From: an archaeon
GTDB lineage: Archaea; EX4484-52; WAPT01
DNA length: 64,000 nt
NCBI GenBank assembly: GCA_029258795.1
Contig: JAPDKB010000009.1
Location: 22,564-86,563, forward strand
Direction of reading: 5' to 3'
A model generated the notes under the pieces. That model made no database searches, was not told where the DNA came from, and saw only the letters and a program-made list of their open reading frames with translations. Made by a program: the position numbers and the translations under genes. Shown here in pieces: positions 41,319-50,296 of this stretch (within the stretch, counting starts at the first letter, position 1; each line of letters starts with the position of its first letter).

Positions 41319-42053
41319 CTACTCCCTCACAATTTTCATGAACCTTAGCGCGTCATCATACATCTCGTAGTTGTTGAACATAACGTACGCGCTTTTATCC
41401 CCCTTAATTTTCTCCATAACCTTTTCTTTTAGAATTGCCAGCTCATCATCACTGAACTTGTAGTCGTACATTCTTTTACCAAGCCCGTGAAGCCGGTAAT
41501 AAATTAGGGCAGTATTGTGATAGCTCTCCTGACGGAAAGGGTCTACCGCGTGCTCAACTTTAATATTGGAGAACAAATTTTTTACCACATCTTCTGTCCA
41601 CACGTTCTGCCATCTCACCTCCCACACAAAAATAAAATCATTTCTTTCCACCTCCTCAAAAAACTCCACAACCCTCCTTAGATTTTCCTCCGTCGGTTTG
41701 AAGCTTGCAGGCGTCTGAAACACAATGACCTTTGCTTCAAGAGCTTCCGCCACCTCTTTCACCCTCTCAAAAACATCCAAGCTTTCCCTTCCGAATTTGA
41801 GCTTGTGCGTTATGTCCTGATGTGTTTTGACCGTGAACTCAAAATCTTCATTGACCTCTCTCGCCTCTTCCTTCCATTTTTCAGCCGTGCTCACCTTTGG
41901 TATGCGATAAAAGGTGGAGTTGACCTCCACAACATCAAAAAGCGAAGCATACGCCTGCAGCGTGCTCTTATATCTCTCCTTCCAGTTCTCATCAACAAAC
42001 CTCTTGGGGTTAAAGAATCCCCAGCCACAACATCCTACTTTAATTTTCCCCAT
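41319..42053 (-). CDS. DUF72 family protein
   Basis: KVGCCGWGF...FYRIP... pattern typical of DUF72/UPF0759. Confidence 0.55.
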   Translation of the reverse strand: MGKIKVGCCGWGFFNPKRFVDENWKERYKSTLQAYASLFDVVEVNSTFYRIPKVSTAEKWKEEAREVNEDFEFTVKTHQDITHKLKFGRESLDVFERVKEVAEALEAKVIVFQTPASFKPTEENLRRVVEFFEEVERNDFIFVWEVRWQNVWTEDVVKNLFSNIKVEHAVDPFRQESYHNTALIYYRLHGLGKRMYDYKFSDDELAILKEKVMEKIKGDKSAYVMFNNYEMYDDALRFMKIVRE

Positions 42054-42095
42054 AAGAATTGGAAGAGAATCCGAGGTTAAAATAATTTTCCCGAG

Positions 42096-42977
42096 TTAAT
42101 TTTTGATTTCCCGTTCAACAAATTCAGCAAGCATTTTGGCTATGTTTTTGTCTGTGGCTTTCATCAAACCTCTTATACCTGGGTTTACATTCACCTCGAT
42201 GACGTAAGGTGTGCCTTCATCATCCACTATGATGTCAACGGCCAGAATTCTTGCCTCAAGCGCTTCCGCAGTTTTTATGGCAAGCTCCTTCACATCCTCA
42301 CTTGGATCATGCGCTACAGCTCTTCCTCCACTCGAAACGTTTGCCCTTTTTTCCCCTTCCGCTGCCAGCCTTTTCATTGCCGCAGCAACCTCGTAGCCGA
42401 GGAGAAGAACTCTCATGTCCTCTCCTTTGTTTGGTATGAATTCCTGCACCACTATCTCCTGTTTCAACGATTCCATCGAGCTGACCATGGCTTTGAGCTC
42501 CTCCTCAGTATTGGCGAACATCACACCCTTGCCTCCCGAGCCGGATACCAGCTTCACCACCACAGGAAACTCGAGCTTGTTTGTGAGCTTCTCTATGTTT
42601 TTGGAGGATTTGAGAGCGTAAGTGGTGGGCACATTTATGCCATTAGAGCCGAGAACTGTGGTTGTGAGGAATTTATCATGCGCTATTTTAAGCGTCTCAG
42701 CGGGGTATGGGTGTTTTATGCCTAGCACATCAAAAGCTTTAACCACATTATAACCGTGGAGCATGCGCTTTCCATCTATTCTGGGTAGAAAGTAATCAAA
42801 GTCGTGCAATAGCTCTCCGTTTGTTCTGACCTCAACGCCATCAGAGGATGCACACACGATTATGTCATCAAGAGGTACATTCACAACATCGAAAATCTTG
42901 TTCATTTCTTCCAAAATCAACTCAGTGGTTCTGGATTTAGCTCTGGGATGTGTTATCAGAACCTTTCTCTTGCTCAT
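42096..42977 (-). CDS. RimK-like ATP-grasp peptide ligase (alpha-L-glutamate ligase family)
   Basis: FPVVVKLVSGSGGKGVMFANTEEE...EFIPNKGEDMRVLLLG...YVIEVNVNPG ATP-grasp motifs. Confidence 0.7.
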   Translation of the reverse strand: MSKRKVLITHPRAKSRTTELILEEMNKIFDVVNVPLDDIIVCASSDGVEVRTNGELLHDFDYFLPRIDGKRMLHGYNVVKAFDVLGIKHPYPAETLKIAHDKFLTTTVLGSNGINVPTTYALKSSKNIEKLTNKLEFPVVVKLVSGSGGKGVMFANTEEELKAMVSSMESLKQEIVVQEFIPNKGEDMRVLLLGYEVAAAMKRLAAEGEKRANVSSGGRAVAHDPSEDVKELAIKTAEALEARILAVDIIVDDEGTPYVIEVNVNPGIRGLMKATDKNIAKMLAEFVEREIKN

Positions 42978-43896
42978 ATTTCCTCTTACCCCCGAGAGTG
43001 TATGCTTTAGCCACGCTCTTAAACGTGTCCACCATTCTATCTATTAAATTAAGCAGCGTATACCTCCTGTAATGCTCACTGCAACCTTTGTGCAGATAAT
43101 TTATTAACTCTTGGGTTATATCCTTGCCGAAATGTTCCTCAAACTTATCAACACGCAGCGATGTCTTTAATTTCTTTATAAGGATGGTGCTGTTTTCAAC
43201 ACTGAGCGATGCCTGGAAAACACTTGTGTGGAGAGCACTGGAAATTTTTGTCACAACCTCTTTAACTTTATTGGGAGTTTTTCTAAGTGGCTTTCCATTT
43301 TTGATGGAGTGAATGCGCGTGCCTATGACAAGAACATCAATGTCTTCCACATTTTTTCCTATTTCTTCAATCATTATTGGCTGAGAGAACAGTTCCATCG
43401 TGTCCAGAAATGTTTTGAGTGAGCTCTCAGATTCAAATATTGCGCTCCCTCCCTTTTTCATTTCAGGCATGTAAACCCTGACCGGATACCGAAGCTTCGG
43501 AAGCACAGCGTTTAACGCATCCCTTGATGTTGAAAGATAAATTCCAGAAGGGCTTTCAATTTCCATAATTTCAGCATTCAGCAAAAACGTCATGAACGGG
43601 TTTGAAGCATAACTTAAATACAAGCTGCTAACGGGCGTGAAAATCCTGTATTTTTCCAGAATGGTGCTGATTGTGTAACCGAAGTTGAGAAGCCTTGGCG
43701 GAACCATCAAAAACACCACATCAAAATCGAGGAGAGATGCAGATTTATAGTAGGGTAGGAAGTCATCACCATTCTTTTCTATCCTCACCCCTGAAAGTGG
43801 GGCATAGAGTACTTTACCAAACTTGTACTTAGATATCTCGATAAGACGTAGATGGAAATCCTTTTTCTTTTCTGGGCCAAGAATGCAAAGCTTCAT
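42937..43896 (-). CDS. Divergent RimK-like ATP-grasp paralogue with a ~100 aa C-terminal extension
   Basis: Shares the N-terminal pre-ATP-grasp layout but lacks clear catalytic motifs; overlaps the downstream RimK gene by 41 nt. Confidence 0.45.
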   Translation of the reverse strand: MKLCILGPEKKKDFHLRLIEISKYKFGKVLYAPLSGVRIEKNGDDFLPYYKSASLLDFDVVFLMVPPRLLNFGYTISTILEKYRIFTPVSSLYLSYASNPFMTFLLNAEIMEIESPSGIYLSTSRDALNAVLPKLRYPVRVYMPEMKKGGSAIFESESSLKTFLDTMELFSQPIMIEEIGKNVEDIDVLVIGTRIHSIKNGKPLRKTPNKVKEVVTKISSALHTSVFQASLSVENSTILIKKLKTSLRVDKFEEHFGKDITQELINYLHKGCSEHYRRYTLLNLIDRMVDTFKSVAKAYTLGGKRKYEQEKGSDNTSQS

Positions 43897-43908
43897 ACAA
43901 CCTCCTCT

Positions 43909-44313
43909 TTACTTTTTCATATCCTTCAGTTTGTTGGAGAAATGTGTTTTGGTGGTATCTATTATAAAGTTTCCGTGAATTATATCTCTTCCTATCAGCA
44001 CAGGACACATCATGTTGGAACGATCAGCAACGTTGGCATCAACATTGAACTTCCTTCCGTTAATCTCTATTTCAGCAGAATAAATTCCTCGCCTCACATA
44101 ACCCTGTTCAGTGGTTTTTGATTTAACCTTAACTTTTTTGTTCTTTTTCTCAAGTCCAAGTTCCTTTGCAATGTTTTTATCTATAGATGTTCTTGTAGCT
44201 CCCGTATCGAACAGTGCAAGAACTTCTTTCTCCCCTTCCCTACCCCTGACCTTGACCTTCGCAACCAGCCCAACTACCTCTTTTTTATGATGTGTATCTT
44301 CTTCTTCCATCAC
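43909..44313 (-). CDS. Retropepsin-like aspartic peptidase (RimK-associated DUF785/COG4067-type)
   Basis: VLALFDTGATRTSID DTG active-site motif and ...VLIGRDII flap-like region; 134 aa. Confidence 0.6.
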   Translation of the reverse strand: MMEEEDTHHKKEVVGLVAKVKVRGREGEKEVLALFDTGATRTSIDKNIAKELGLEKKNKKVKVKSKTTEQGYVRRGIYSAEIEINGRKFNVDANVADRSNMMCPVLIGRDIIHGNFIIDTTKTHFSNKLKDMKK

Positions 44314-44351
44314 CCGTGATATTGTGACATGGAGATATTAATTTTTTTCTT

Positions 44352-45269
44352 TTGTGTGGCATAAATTTCAGCATGGAGGTGTTGGGGTATTATCTTGCTG
44401 TTCGGGATGGGAAAAAGAAAGCGCGGTTTTTGAGCGCGAATCTGGATGAGAAGGTGGAGGAAGCGTTCAGGTTGTTTGAGAAGTGCGAGTTGTGTGAGCA
44501 TAAATGCAGAGTTGACAGGATTAAAGGTCAGCTTGGGGTATGCAGAGCCCCTCCTTACATTTTACTGAGCAGCGAATTTTTACATTACGGGGAGGAGAGC
44601 TTTCTCGTGCCATCCCACACCATTTTCTTCATGGGATGCAACTTTGCATGCGTTTACTGCCAGAACTACACCATCTCCAACTGGCTGGAGCTTGGAGTCA
44701 AGCTGAGCGAGGAGGAGCTTGCAGATATGATCGTGGCGCGGAAGAAGCAGGGTGCAAAAAACGTTAACTTTGTGGGGGGAGAGCCCACACCTTATTTGCC
44801 ATTCATTCTGAAGGTGCTCCGGATTCTTAAGGAAAGGGAAGTTAGCGTTCCCGTTGTCTGGAACTCCAACTTTTATATGAGCAGGAAAGCAATGAATTTG
44901 CTTAAGGGTGTGGTTGATCTCTACCTTCCTGATTTTAAGTATGGAAATGATGAATGTGCCCTGCGCTTATCGAAAGTGAGGAATTATTTTGCAACCGTCA
45001 CAAGAAACTTGAAGGAAGCGGCAGGAGATGCTGACGTCTGCATAAGACACCTTGTCCTGCCGAATCATTTTGAATGCTGCACAAAGCCGATACTGGAATG
45101 GATTGCAAGCAACATAAACGGGAAGAATGTTGTGGTGAACATCATGCCGCAATACAGGCCGGAGTGGAAAGCGCAGGAATATGAGGAGATAAGCCGTCCG
45201 TTAAAGGTGGAGGAGTGGGAAAAAGCGGTGAGGTATGCTGAGGAGCTTGGATTGAATGTTATGGACTAG
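44352..45269 (+). CDS. Radical SAM protein, PflX-like (pyruvate formate-lyase activase-related)
   Basis: N-terminal CELCEHKCRVDR cysteine motif and radical SAM CNFACVYCQN. Confidence 0.6.
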   Translation: MCGINFSMEVLGYYLAVRDGKKKARFLSANLDEKVEEAFRLFEKCELCEHKCRVDRIKGQLGVCRAPPYILLSSEFLHYGEESFLVPSHTIFFMGCNFACVYCQNYTISNWLELGVKLSEEELADMIVARKKQGAKNVNFVGGEPTPYLPFILKVLRILKEREVSVPVVWNSNFYMSRKAMNLLKGVVDLYLPDFKYGNDECALRLSKVRNYFATVTRNLKEAAGDADVCIRHLVLPNHFECCTKPILEWIASNINGKNVVVNIMPQYRPEWKAQEYEEISRPLKVEEWEKAVRYAEELGLNVMD

Positions 45270-45667
45270 GTTCCAGTAGGAGGCGTCGGAGGGAGTTCAG
45301 AACCCAGATAAAACAGATGGCTTTTGCATTTGCAGTCCGAGCACCCAAATTTAGGAATTGATTCAAACCTTTCCGCAAGCTTTCCAGCTATTTCACACTC
45401 CTCCTTTTTGTTGCTTTCCTTGATCAGCACATCCACGACTTCAGCATACTCGCTTGCCAGCAGATAATCTATGTGCCAGAAAAGTTTCTTGCCAGTTTTG
45501 CGGAGGTGTCTGCGTACCCTTGCTTCTATTGAGTTCATGGCCGAGCCGACATAGGCATAGTAGCCGGGTTTGAATTCAAGCGTGCCGAGTTTGCCGACTT
45601 TTATTTTTGTGGGAGTGGTGAGTCTGATAATGAGGATGTAAGAACCTTTCATATCGGATTCCTCCAA
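45266..45667 (-). CDS. GIY-YIG domain protein (DUF123-like)
   Basis: GSYILIIRL...GYYAYVGSAMNSIEARVRRH. Confidence 0.5.
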   Translation of the reverse strand: MEESDMKGSYILIIRLTTPTKIKVGKLGTLEFKPGYYAYVGSAMNSIEARVRRHLRKTGKKLFWHIDYLLASEYAEVVDVLIKESNKKEECEIAGKLAERFESIPKFGCSDCKCKSHLFYLGSELPPTPPTGT

Positions 45668-45716
45668 TAATATCCAAATATTGAATTCGTTTTATAAAGA
45701 TAGTTTTTAAAACTCA

Positions 45717-46967
45717 TCATCGGTTTGATCGAGGAAAGTCATTCCATTCCCACAGCGCAGTGCAACTTCTACACTCCATTAAGAACGCACACTTCTTACA
45801 TTTTTCAGGTAACGTCTTAAAATTTCTGTGTTTTTGAAGATACGGGTGTTCCTTCCAGATTTTCTCTATGCTATCGTAGAAGATATTTCCAAGGACAACG
45901 CGTGAGGAATCACATAATCTTATACTGCCGTCTGGGCCGATCATACACCAGTTTATGCCACCATCACACTTACCTCCATATTTTTTGACAATATCCCTCA
46001 AGCTTGTCATACAGAAAAACACGGGGGAAGCAAAACCAAAATTTAGACCGTATTCGTTTACTTTCTCGTCAATAATGTTAAGTAGCCAGTCTATTTCTTT
46101 TGATGAGAGGGAGAGGTGTTCTAGATTTTTGAAACCCTCCCCTACTGGCATAAATATTGTAGGGGCGCAATTATCCACACCCCGCTTGGCAGCAAATTCT
46201 AAGATTTCAGGATAGTCACGATAATTAAGTTTGGTAAGTGTTGTGTTTATCCCAACTTTAATGTCACAATCTATGGCATACTTGACATTCTTCAAAACCT
46301 TTTCAAGCGCATTACTTCCTGTCATAATCTTGTATTTTTCTCTATTCAAGGTGTGGATGGAAAACTGTATTCTCCCGATTCCGTATGATGCCAATTTCTC
46401 AACTTTTTCTCCGTTAAGAAGTGTGCCATTTGTCACCATCCCTGCCCATAGACCTTTCTCCACAAGGATGTAATGTGCTATTTTCATGAAATCATCTCTG
46501 AGCGTCGGCTCACCCCCGGTTAGATTTACATTGTATATTTCCTCCTCTACAAGCCTATCCACGAGCTCTTTCACTTTGCTAAAAGAAAGTTCAGTAAGGT
46601 GTTGAGAACCAGGACCTTTCCACACATTATAGCAGAATATACACCTGTGATTGCAGCGGGATGTAAGCTCAATTCCAACAACATACGGTTTTCTTGGAAT
46701 TACCTCTCTTTTATCTTTCACACCAGTTTTTGATGAAATTTCCAAAATCTCCTCAATCGGCTCTAAGCCTTCTATTTCAACTATTCCCGCAAGAGCTAAA
46801 AAACGGAAAACTGGTTTGAAAGTTTTTTCCATTTCTTCTTTAGACATACCTTTTCTCTTAAAGTACTTGAACGTCTCTTTTAGATTTTCTGTCTCGACAA
46901 GCTTTTTCCAGAACTCGGCATTCAAACCAAAGAGAGATATCCTTTTTCCTCTGAAAAAAAACAACAC
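45717..46967 (-). CDS. Radical SAM/SPASM-domain peptide maturase candidate, with a possible N-terminal RRE/PqqD-like region
   Basis: CNHRCIFCYN (CxxxCxxC) at ~residue 105. C-terminal Cys clusters CDGGINWCMIGPDGSIRLCD and CKKCAFLMECRSC typical of SPASM/twitch. ~95 aa precede the radical SAM core. Confidence 0.65.
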   Translation of the reverse strand: MLFFFRGKRISLFGLNAEFWKKLVETENLKETFKYFKRKGMSKEEMEKTFKPVFRFLALAGIVEIEGLEPIEEILEISSKTGVKDKREVIPRKPYVVGIELTSRCNHRCIFCYNVWKGPGSQHLTELSFSKVKELVDRLVEEEIYNVNLTGGEPTLRDDFMKIAHYILVEKGLWAGMVTNGTLLNGEKVEKLASYGIGRIQFSIHTLNREKYKIMTGSNALEKVLKNVKYAIDCDIKVGINTTLTKLNYRDYPEILEFAAKRGVDNCAPTIFMPVGEGFKNLEHLSLSSKEIDWLLNIIDEKVNEYGLNFGFASPVFFCMTSLRDIVKKYGGKCDGGINWCMIGPDGSIRLCDSSRVVLGNIFYDSIEKIWKEHPYLQKHRNFKTLPEKCKKCAFLMECRSCTALWEWNDFPRSNR

Positions 46968-47048
46968 ACCCGAATTCTTCTTCTCTCCACCTAACTTTGG
47001 GATTAATTTTCATAACCAACACTTTCACTGTCTTCTAGACACCCAAAT

Positions 47049-47309
47049 CTAATCCTCCAATCCTTCAGAGAAATAATCATCTATTCTACGGTACTTTTTC
47101 TCAATTTTTTTAAGCACTTTTTGTACATCTTCCTTTCCAAAATCAAGATTTATTCCATAAGGGGGAGTGATACAAGCAAGTTTGCAGGAAACTTCATTCT
47201 CATGAGTCACACAAGCAAGTTTGCAAGAGGGTTCAGTAGTATCTATATAAATCGGAGAAAAAATTGAATCGTTCTCTTTATTTTTATTTGGGCTGTCTTT
47301 TTCACCCAT
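47049..47309 (-). CDS. Small Cys-repeat peptide (86 aa), candidate RiPP precursor
   Basis: Contains a tandem repeat EPSCKLACVTHENEV-SCKLACITPP, from an 18 nt direct DNA repeat acaagcaagtttgcaNga. It lies immediately upstream of the radical SAM/SPASM gene on the same strand. Confidence 0.45.
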   Translation of the reverse strand: MGEKDSPNKNKENDSIFSPIYIDTTEPSCKLACVTHENEVSCKLACITPPYGINLDFGKEDVQKVLKKIEKKYRRIDDYFSEGLED

Positions 47310-47395
47310 ATAAACTCGTAATTATTGACGAAAATATTTAAAGTTAACTTGCAGTATTTTCACCTCCACGAAATTACACCGATGAGTAGTTTCTA

Positions 47396-47809
47396 TTACA
47401 TCCTTTCAAACAGATCCAGCATTGCCGGCTCGAGATTTCCATGCTCTTTCATTTCAGACAGGCTGAGAAAGATCAGGTTGTTGATTTCGTTTTTCGCTCT
47501 TACTTTTAGCTCGTCTTTGTTCTTAACCTCACACTCAAAATAAAGAATTACACGCGATACCTCAATACCGCTATCTTTGAATTTTATAGTGTCCTGTCCG
47601 AAACCAAGGAACCTTACAATATTAATGTTCAGATTGAGCTCTTCCTTAATTTCTCTTTTCAGCGCATCCTCGACTCTCTCACCGAATCTCAACTTCCCGC
47701 CCGGAACGCGGTAGAATCCGAAGCGAGGATCTTTCACAAGCAAGTATTTATCACCAAATCTGAGAAATGCGGAAACCACAACGACCGGCAACTGTTGGTA
47801 TTTTCTCAT
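47396..47809 (-). CDS. NUDIX hydrolase
   Basis: Nudix box GGKLRFGERVEDALKREIKEELNL. Confidence 0.7.
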   Translation of the reverse strand: MRKYQQLPVVVVSAFLRFGDKYLLVKDPRFGFYRVPGGKLRFGERVEDALKREIKEELNLNINIVRFLGFGQDTIKFKDSGIEVSRVILYFECEVKNKDELKVRAKNEINNLIFLSLSEMKEHGNLEPAMLDLFERM

Positions 47810-47864
47810 AAATTCAATAGTGCTTCTTTAATTTATAAAAGCTTCACCCATAAAAATCACAATA

Positions 47865-48152
47865 ATGCTGAAATATCACCGAGAAATTCTAAAGGAATTT
47901 GAGCCGATAAAAAGACGCGCGAAAGTGATACTGTTTGGTTCAGTTGCCCGGGGTGACTACACAACGGATTCAGATATAGATCTTGCGATCATTACGGATG
48001 ACGAAAAAATAAAGCGGATGGCCAGAGAGATAGCGGACAAAGTGATGGTTGAGTACGGAAAGGTCGTATCCCTGAAGTTCGTATCTCCTCAGGATTTTGA
48101 AAAGAAACAGGACCCGTTCCTTAAGGAGATAAAAAGGGGTGTTGAGATATGA
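47865..48152 (+). CDS. Minimal nucleotidyltransferase (MNT) of a HEPN/MNT pair
   Basis: ILFGSVARGDYTTDSDIDLAI. Confidence 0.7.
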   Translation: MLKYHREILKEFEPIKRRAKVILFGSVARGDYTTDSDIDLAIITDDEKIKRMAREIADKVMVEYGKVVSLKFVSPQDFEKKQDPFLKEIKRGVEI

Positions 48153-48544
48153 GTGAAAACTTGAAAGATGTTGTTAGAGAGGAGATCGAATTTGCAAGAA
48201 ACAGGTTAAAGGCAGCTAAACTACTCCTGGAGCAAAATTTACTAGCTGATGCCGTAAACAGGGCTTATTATGCAGCATTTTATGCTGCCCGTGCGATGCT
48301 GCATGTATCGGGCCATGATGCGAGAACCCATGCAGGCGTGCTTTCTGAGTTTGGTTTGAAAATTGTTAGGCAAAATCTTGCTCCAGAAAAGTACGCGAAA
48401 GTGCTTAGGCGTGCATTTGAATTAAGGGAAACAAGCGATTACGTGCTGGGTGCGGTTTTTGGGAAGGAAGAAGTCGAGACCTTGATTAGGGAGGTTGAAG
48501 ATTTTCTGAACTTTGCCGAAAAATTTGTGCAGGAAAGGTTATAA
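48149..48544 (+). CDS. HEPN domain protein
   Basis: RAYYAAFYAARAMLHVSG...; overlaps the MNT stop by 4 nt. Confidence 0.65.
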   Translation: MSENLKDVVREEIEFARNRLKAAKLLLEQNLLADAVNRAYYAAFYAARAMLHVSGHDARTHAGVLSEFGLKIVRQNLAPEKYAKVLRRAFELRETSDYVLGAVFGKEEVETLIREVEDFLNFAEKFVQERL

Positions 48545-49342
48545 GATGATTTTGAAACCCTCGTGATGTGTTACGATTCCAGCAATGTTAACATGGCTTT
48601 TCGCCAGCACTGTCTTTACATGGTTCACCTGCTTGCGCAGCTCATCACGATTCATCATCTTCTCGTAACATTCAGGAAAGTTATTTTTCAACCATTCAAC
48701 AAATTTCCGCCCCGCAGCCCTCAAATTCAGAAATTCGACAAAATAATGGTGTACAAAGCTCTTCGTTTCTTTTACGATAGCTTCCGGATCCACAAGTTCA
48801 GGGATGAGGGGCGAGATGAAAGCGTAGTTTCTAATGCCGCTTTCGTGCAACATCTCGAGAGCATCAATCCGCTTCTCATGTTTCGGAGCCCTCGGTTCTA
48901 AAACTTTTCTTATTCTTTCATCAAGTCCATTCACGGTCAATCCAACTTCAATACATTCAAATCTCTCGAAAATGTCAATATCTCTCGTGACAAGGTCGGA
49001 TTTGGTGAGGATTGAGAGATCTGTTCTTTTATCCATGTTTTCCAGCACTCTCCTCGTGAGCATGAGCTTTTTCTCGACTGGCTGGTAAGCATCGCTTACA
49101 CTTGACATGCAGACTTTACTCCTCACATGTTTCCCTTTCACGAGCTCCGGAGCGTTTTCCTTAACCTCAACCCAGCTCCCCCACCTACCATGATTTTTCC
49201 ATTTGCACAAGAACTTCGCATAACAATAGAGGCAGGCATGCTCGCATCCAACGTAGGGGTTGAGAACAAAGCTGCAAGAAGGAATCTTGGTTTTCGTGAA
49301 TATGGATTTCGCTTTGGTGAATATCACACGCACCTTAACCAC
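48539..49342 (-). CDS. Radical SAM protein, SplB-like (DNA repair photolyase family)
   Basis: LNPYVGCEHACLYCYA motif. Confidence 0.55.
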   Translation of the reverse strand: MVKVRVIFTKAKSIFTKTKIPSCSFVLNPYVGCEHACLYCYAKFLCKWKNHGRWGSWVEVKENAPELVKGKHVRSKVCMSSVSDAYQPVEKKLMLTRRVLENMDKRTDLSILTKSDLVTRDIDIFERFECIEVGLTVNGLDERIRKVLEPRAPKHEKRIDALEMLHESGIRNYAFISPLIPELVDPEAIVKETKSFVHHYFVEFLNLRAAGRKFVEWLKNNFPECYEKMMNRDELRKQVNHVKTVLAKSHVNIAGIVTHHEGFKIIL

Positions 49343-49401
49343 TTCTTACATGTTTTTGCAAGTTATTTCATATAACTTGCAATATCTTTAAATGCGAAAA
49401 A

Positions 49402-50241
49402 TCACAGTCCCTCGTAAGTTTCCTTCATTAACAAAGCATCCCCTTCTATGTTCGGGCTTTCGGAGATGACCACGCCCTTAACATTAAACTCCTTCAGGAC
49501 GCGCAGCAGCTCCACATAATCCAGATCGCTTTCCTCCAGATTTAGATGGTTTCTCTCCCCTTTCTCGCCGTAGTTTATTCCGGAAATGTGGATGTGCATG
49601 TTGTCCAATGCTTCCCTACCAAGCCCTTCCTCAATCTTTTCCAGCAGCTCCACCCACTCTTGCCTAGTGTTGTAAGCTCCGTTGTATCTGGCATGGAGAT
49701 GAGCAAAGTCAATGCATGGCAGAACCATCTCAACCTCCTGCGCAAGCTTGATGAGCTCATCAACATCTCCAAATTGCGTTGGCTTTCCTGTCAGCTCAGG
49801 CCTGATCCATATCTCAATCCCATCATTTTGCAGAATTTGCACAATATCTTCAATAGCTTCTTTCACCCTGCTGTAAACCGTCTTTTTTTCCATCCCCATG
49901 TAGTAAGCTGCATGAAAAACAACGCTCCACGCTCCACAAAGATGTGCTATTCTCGCAGAGTTTATTATGCGAACTTTACTTGCTTCAACCTTTTCTTTCT
50001 CCTTCGCATTCAGGTTTATGAAGTAGGGCGCATGGCAGGTAAGCACAACCGCGTTTCTTTCCGCAACCTCCTTCACGATTGGAGCTTTGTCCTTGCTTAC
50101 ATTTATACTTCTTACAAATTCGAGCTCCATCGCATCTAAGTTGAGCTCTCTAACGCGCTCTATACCTCTCTCGGTGGTTGGCTTTTCAGTGCTTAAAGGT
50201 ATTCCAGCCGTACCAAAAAGCAGCTTTCCAATTCGCTTCAT
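49402..50241 (-). CDS. nfo: Endonuclease IV (AP endonuclease family 2, xylose-isomerase-like TIM barrel)
   Basis: TCHAPYFINLNA...HLCGAWSVVFHAAYY...IDFAHLHAR metal-binding His/Glu pattern. Confidence 0.65.
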   Translation of the reverse strand: MKRIGKLLFGTAGIPLSTEKPTTERGIERVRELNLDAMELEFVRSINVSKDKAPIVKEVAERNAVVLTCHAPYFINLNAKEKEKVEASKVRIINSARIAHLCGAWSVVFHAAYYMGMEKKTVYSRVKEAIEDIVQILQNDGIEIWIRPELTGKPTQFGDVDELIKLAQEVEMVLPCIDFAHLHARYNGAYNTRQEWVELLEKIEEGLGREALDNMHIHISGINYGEKGERNHLNLEESDLDYVELLRVLKEFNVKGVVISESPNIEGDALLMKETYEGL

Positions 50242-50296
50242 AACTATAAACTTGTCCTGAAAACTTTTTATCTTCCACCATCCACAAAATGAAAAG

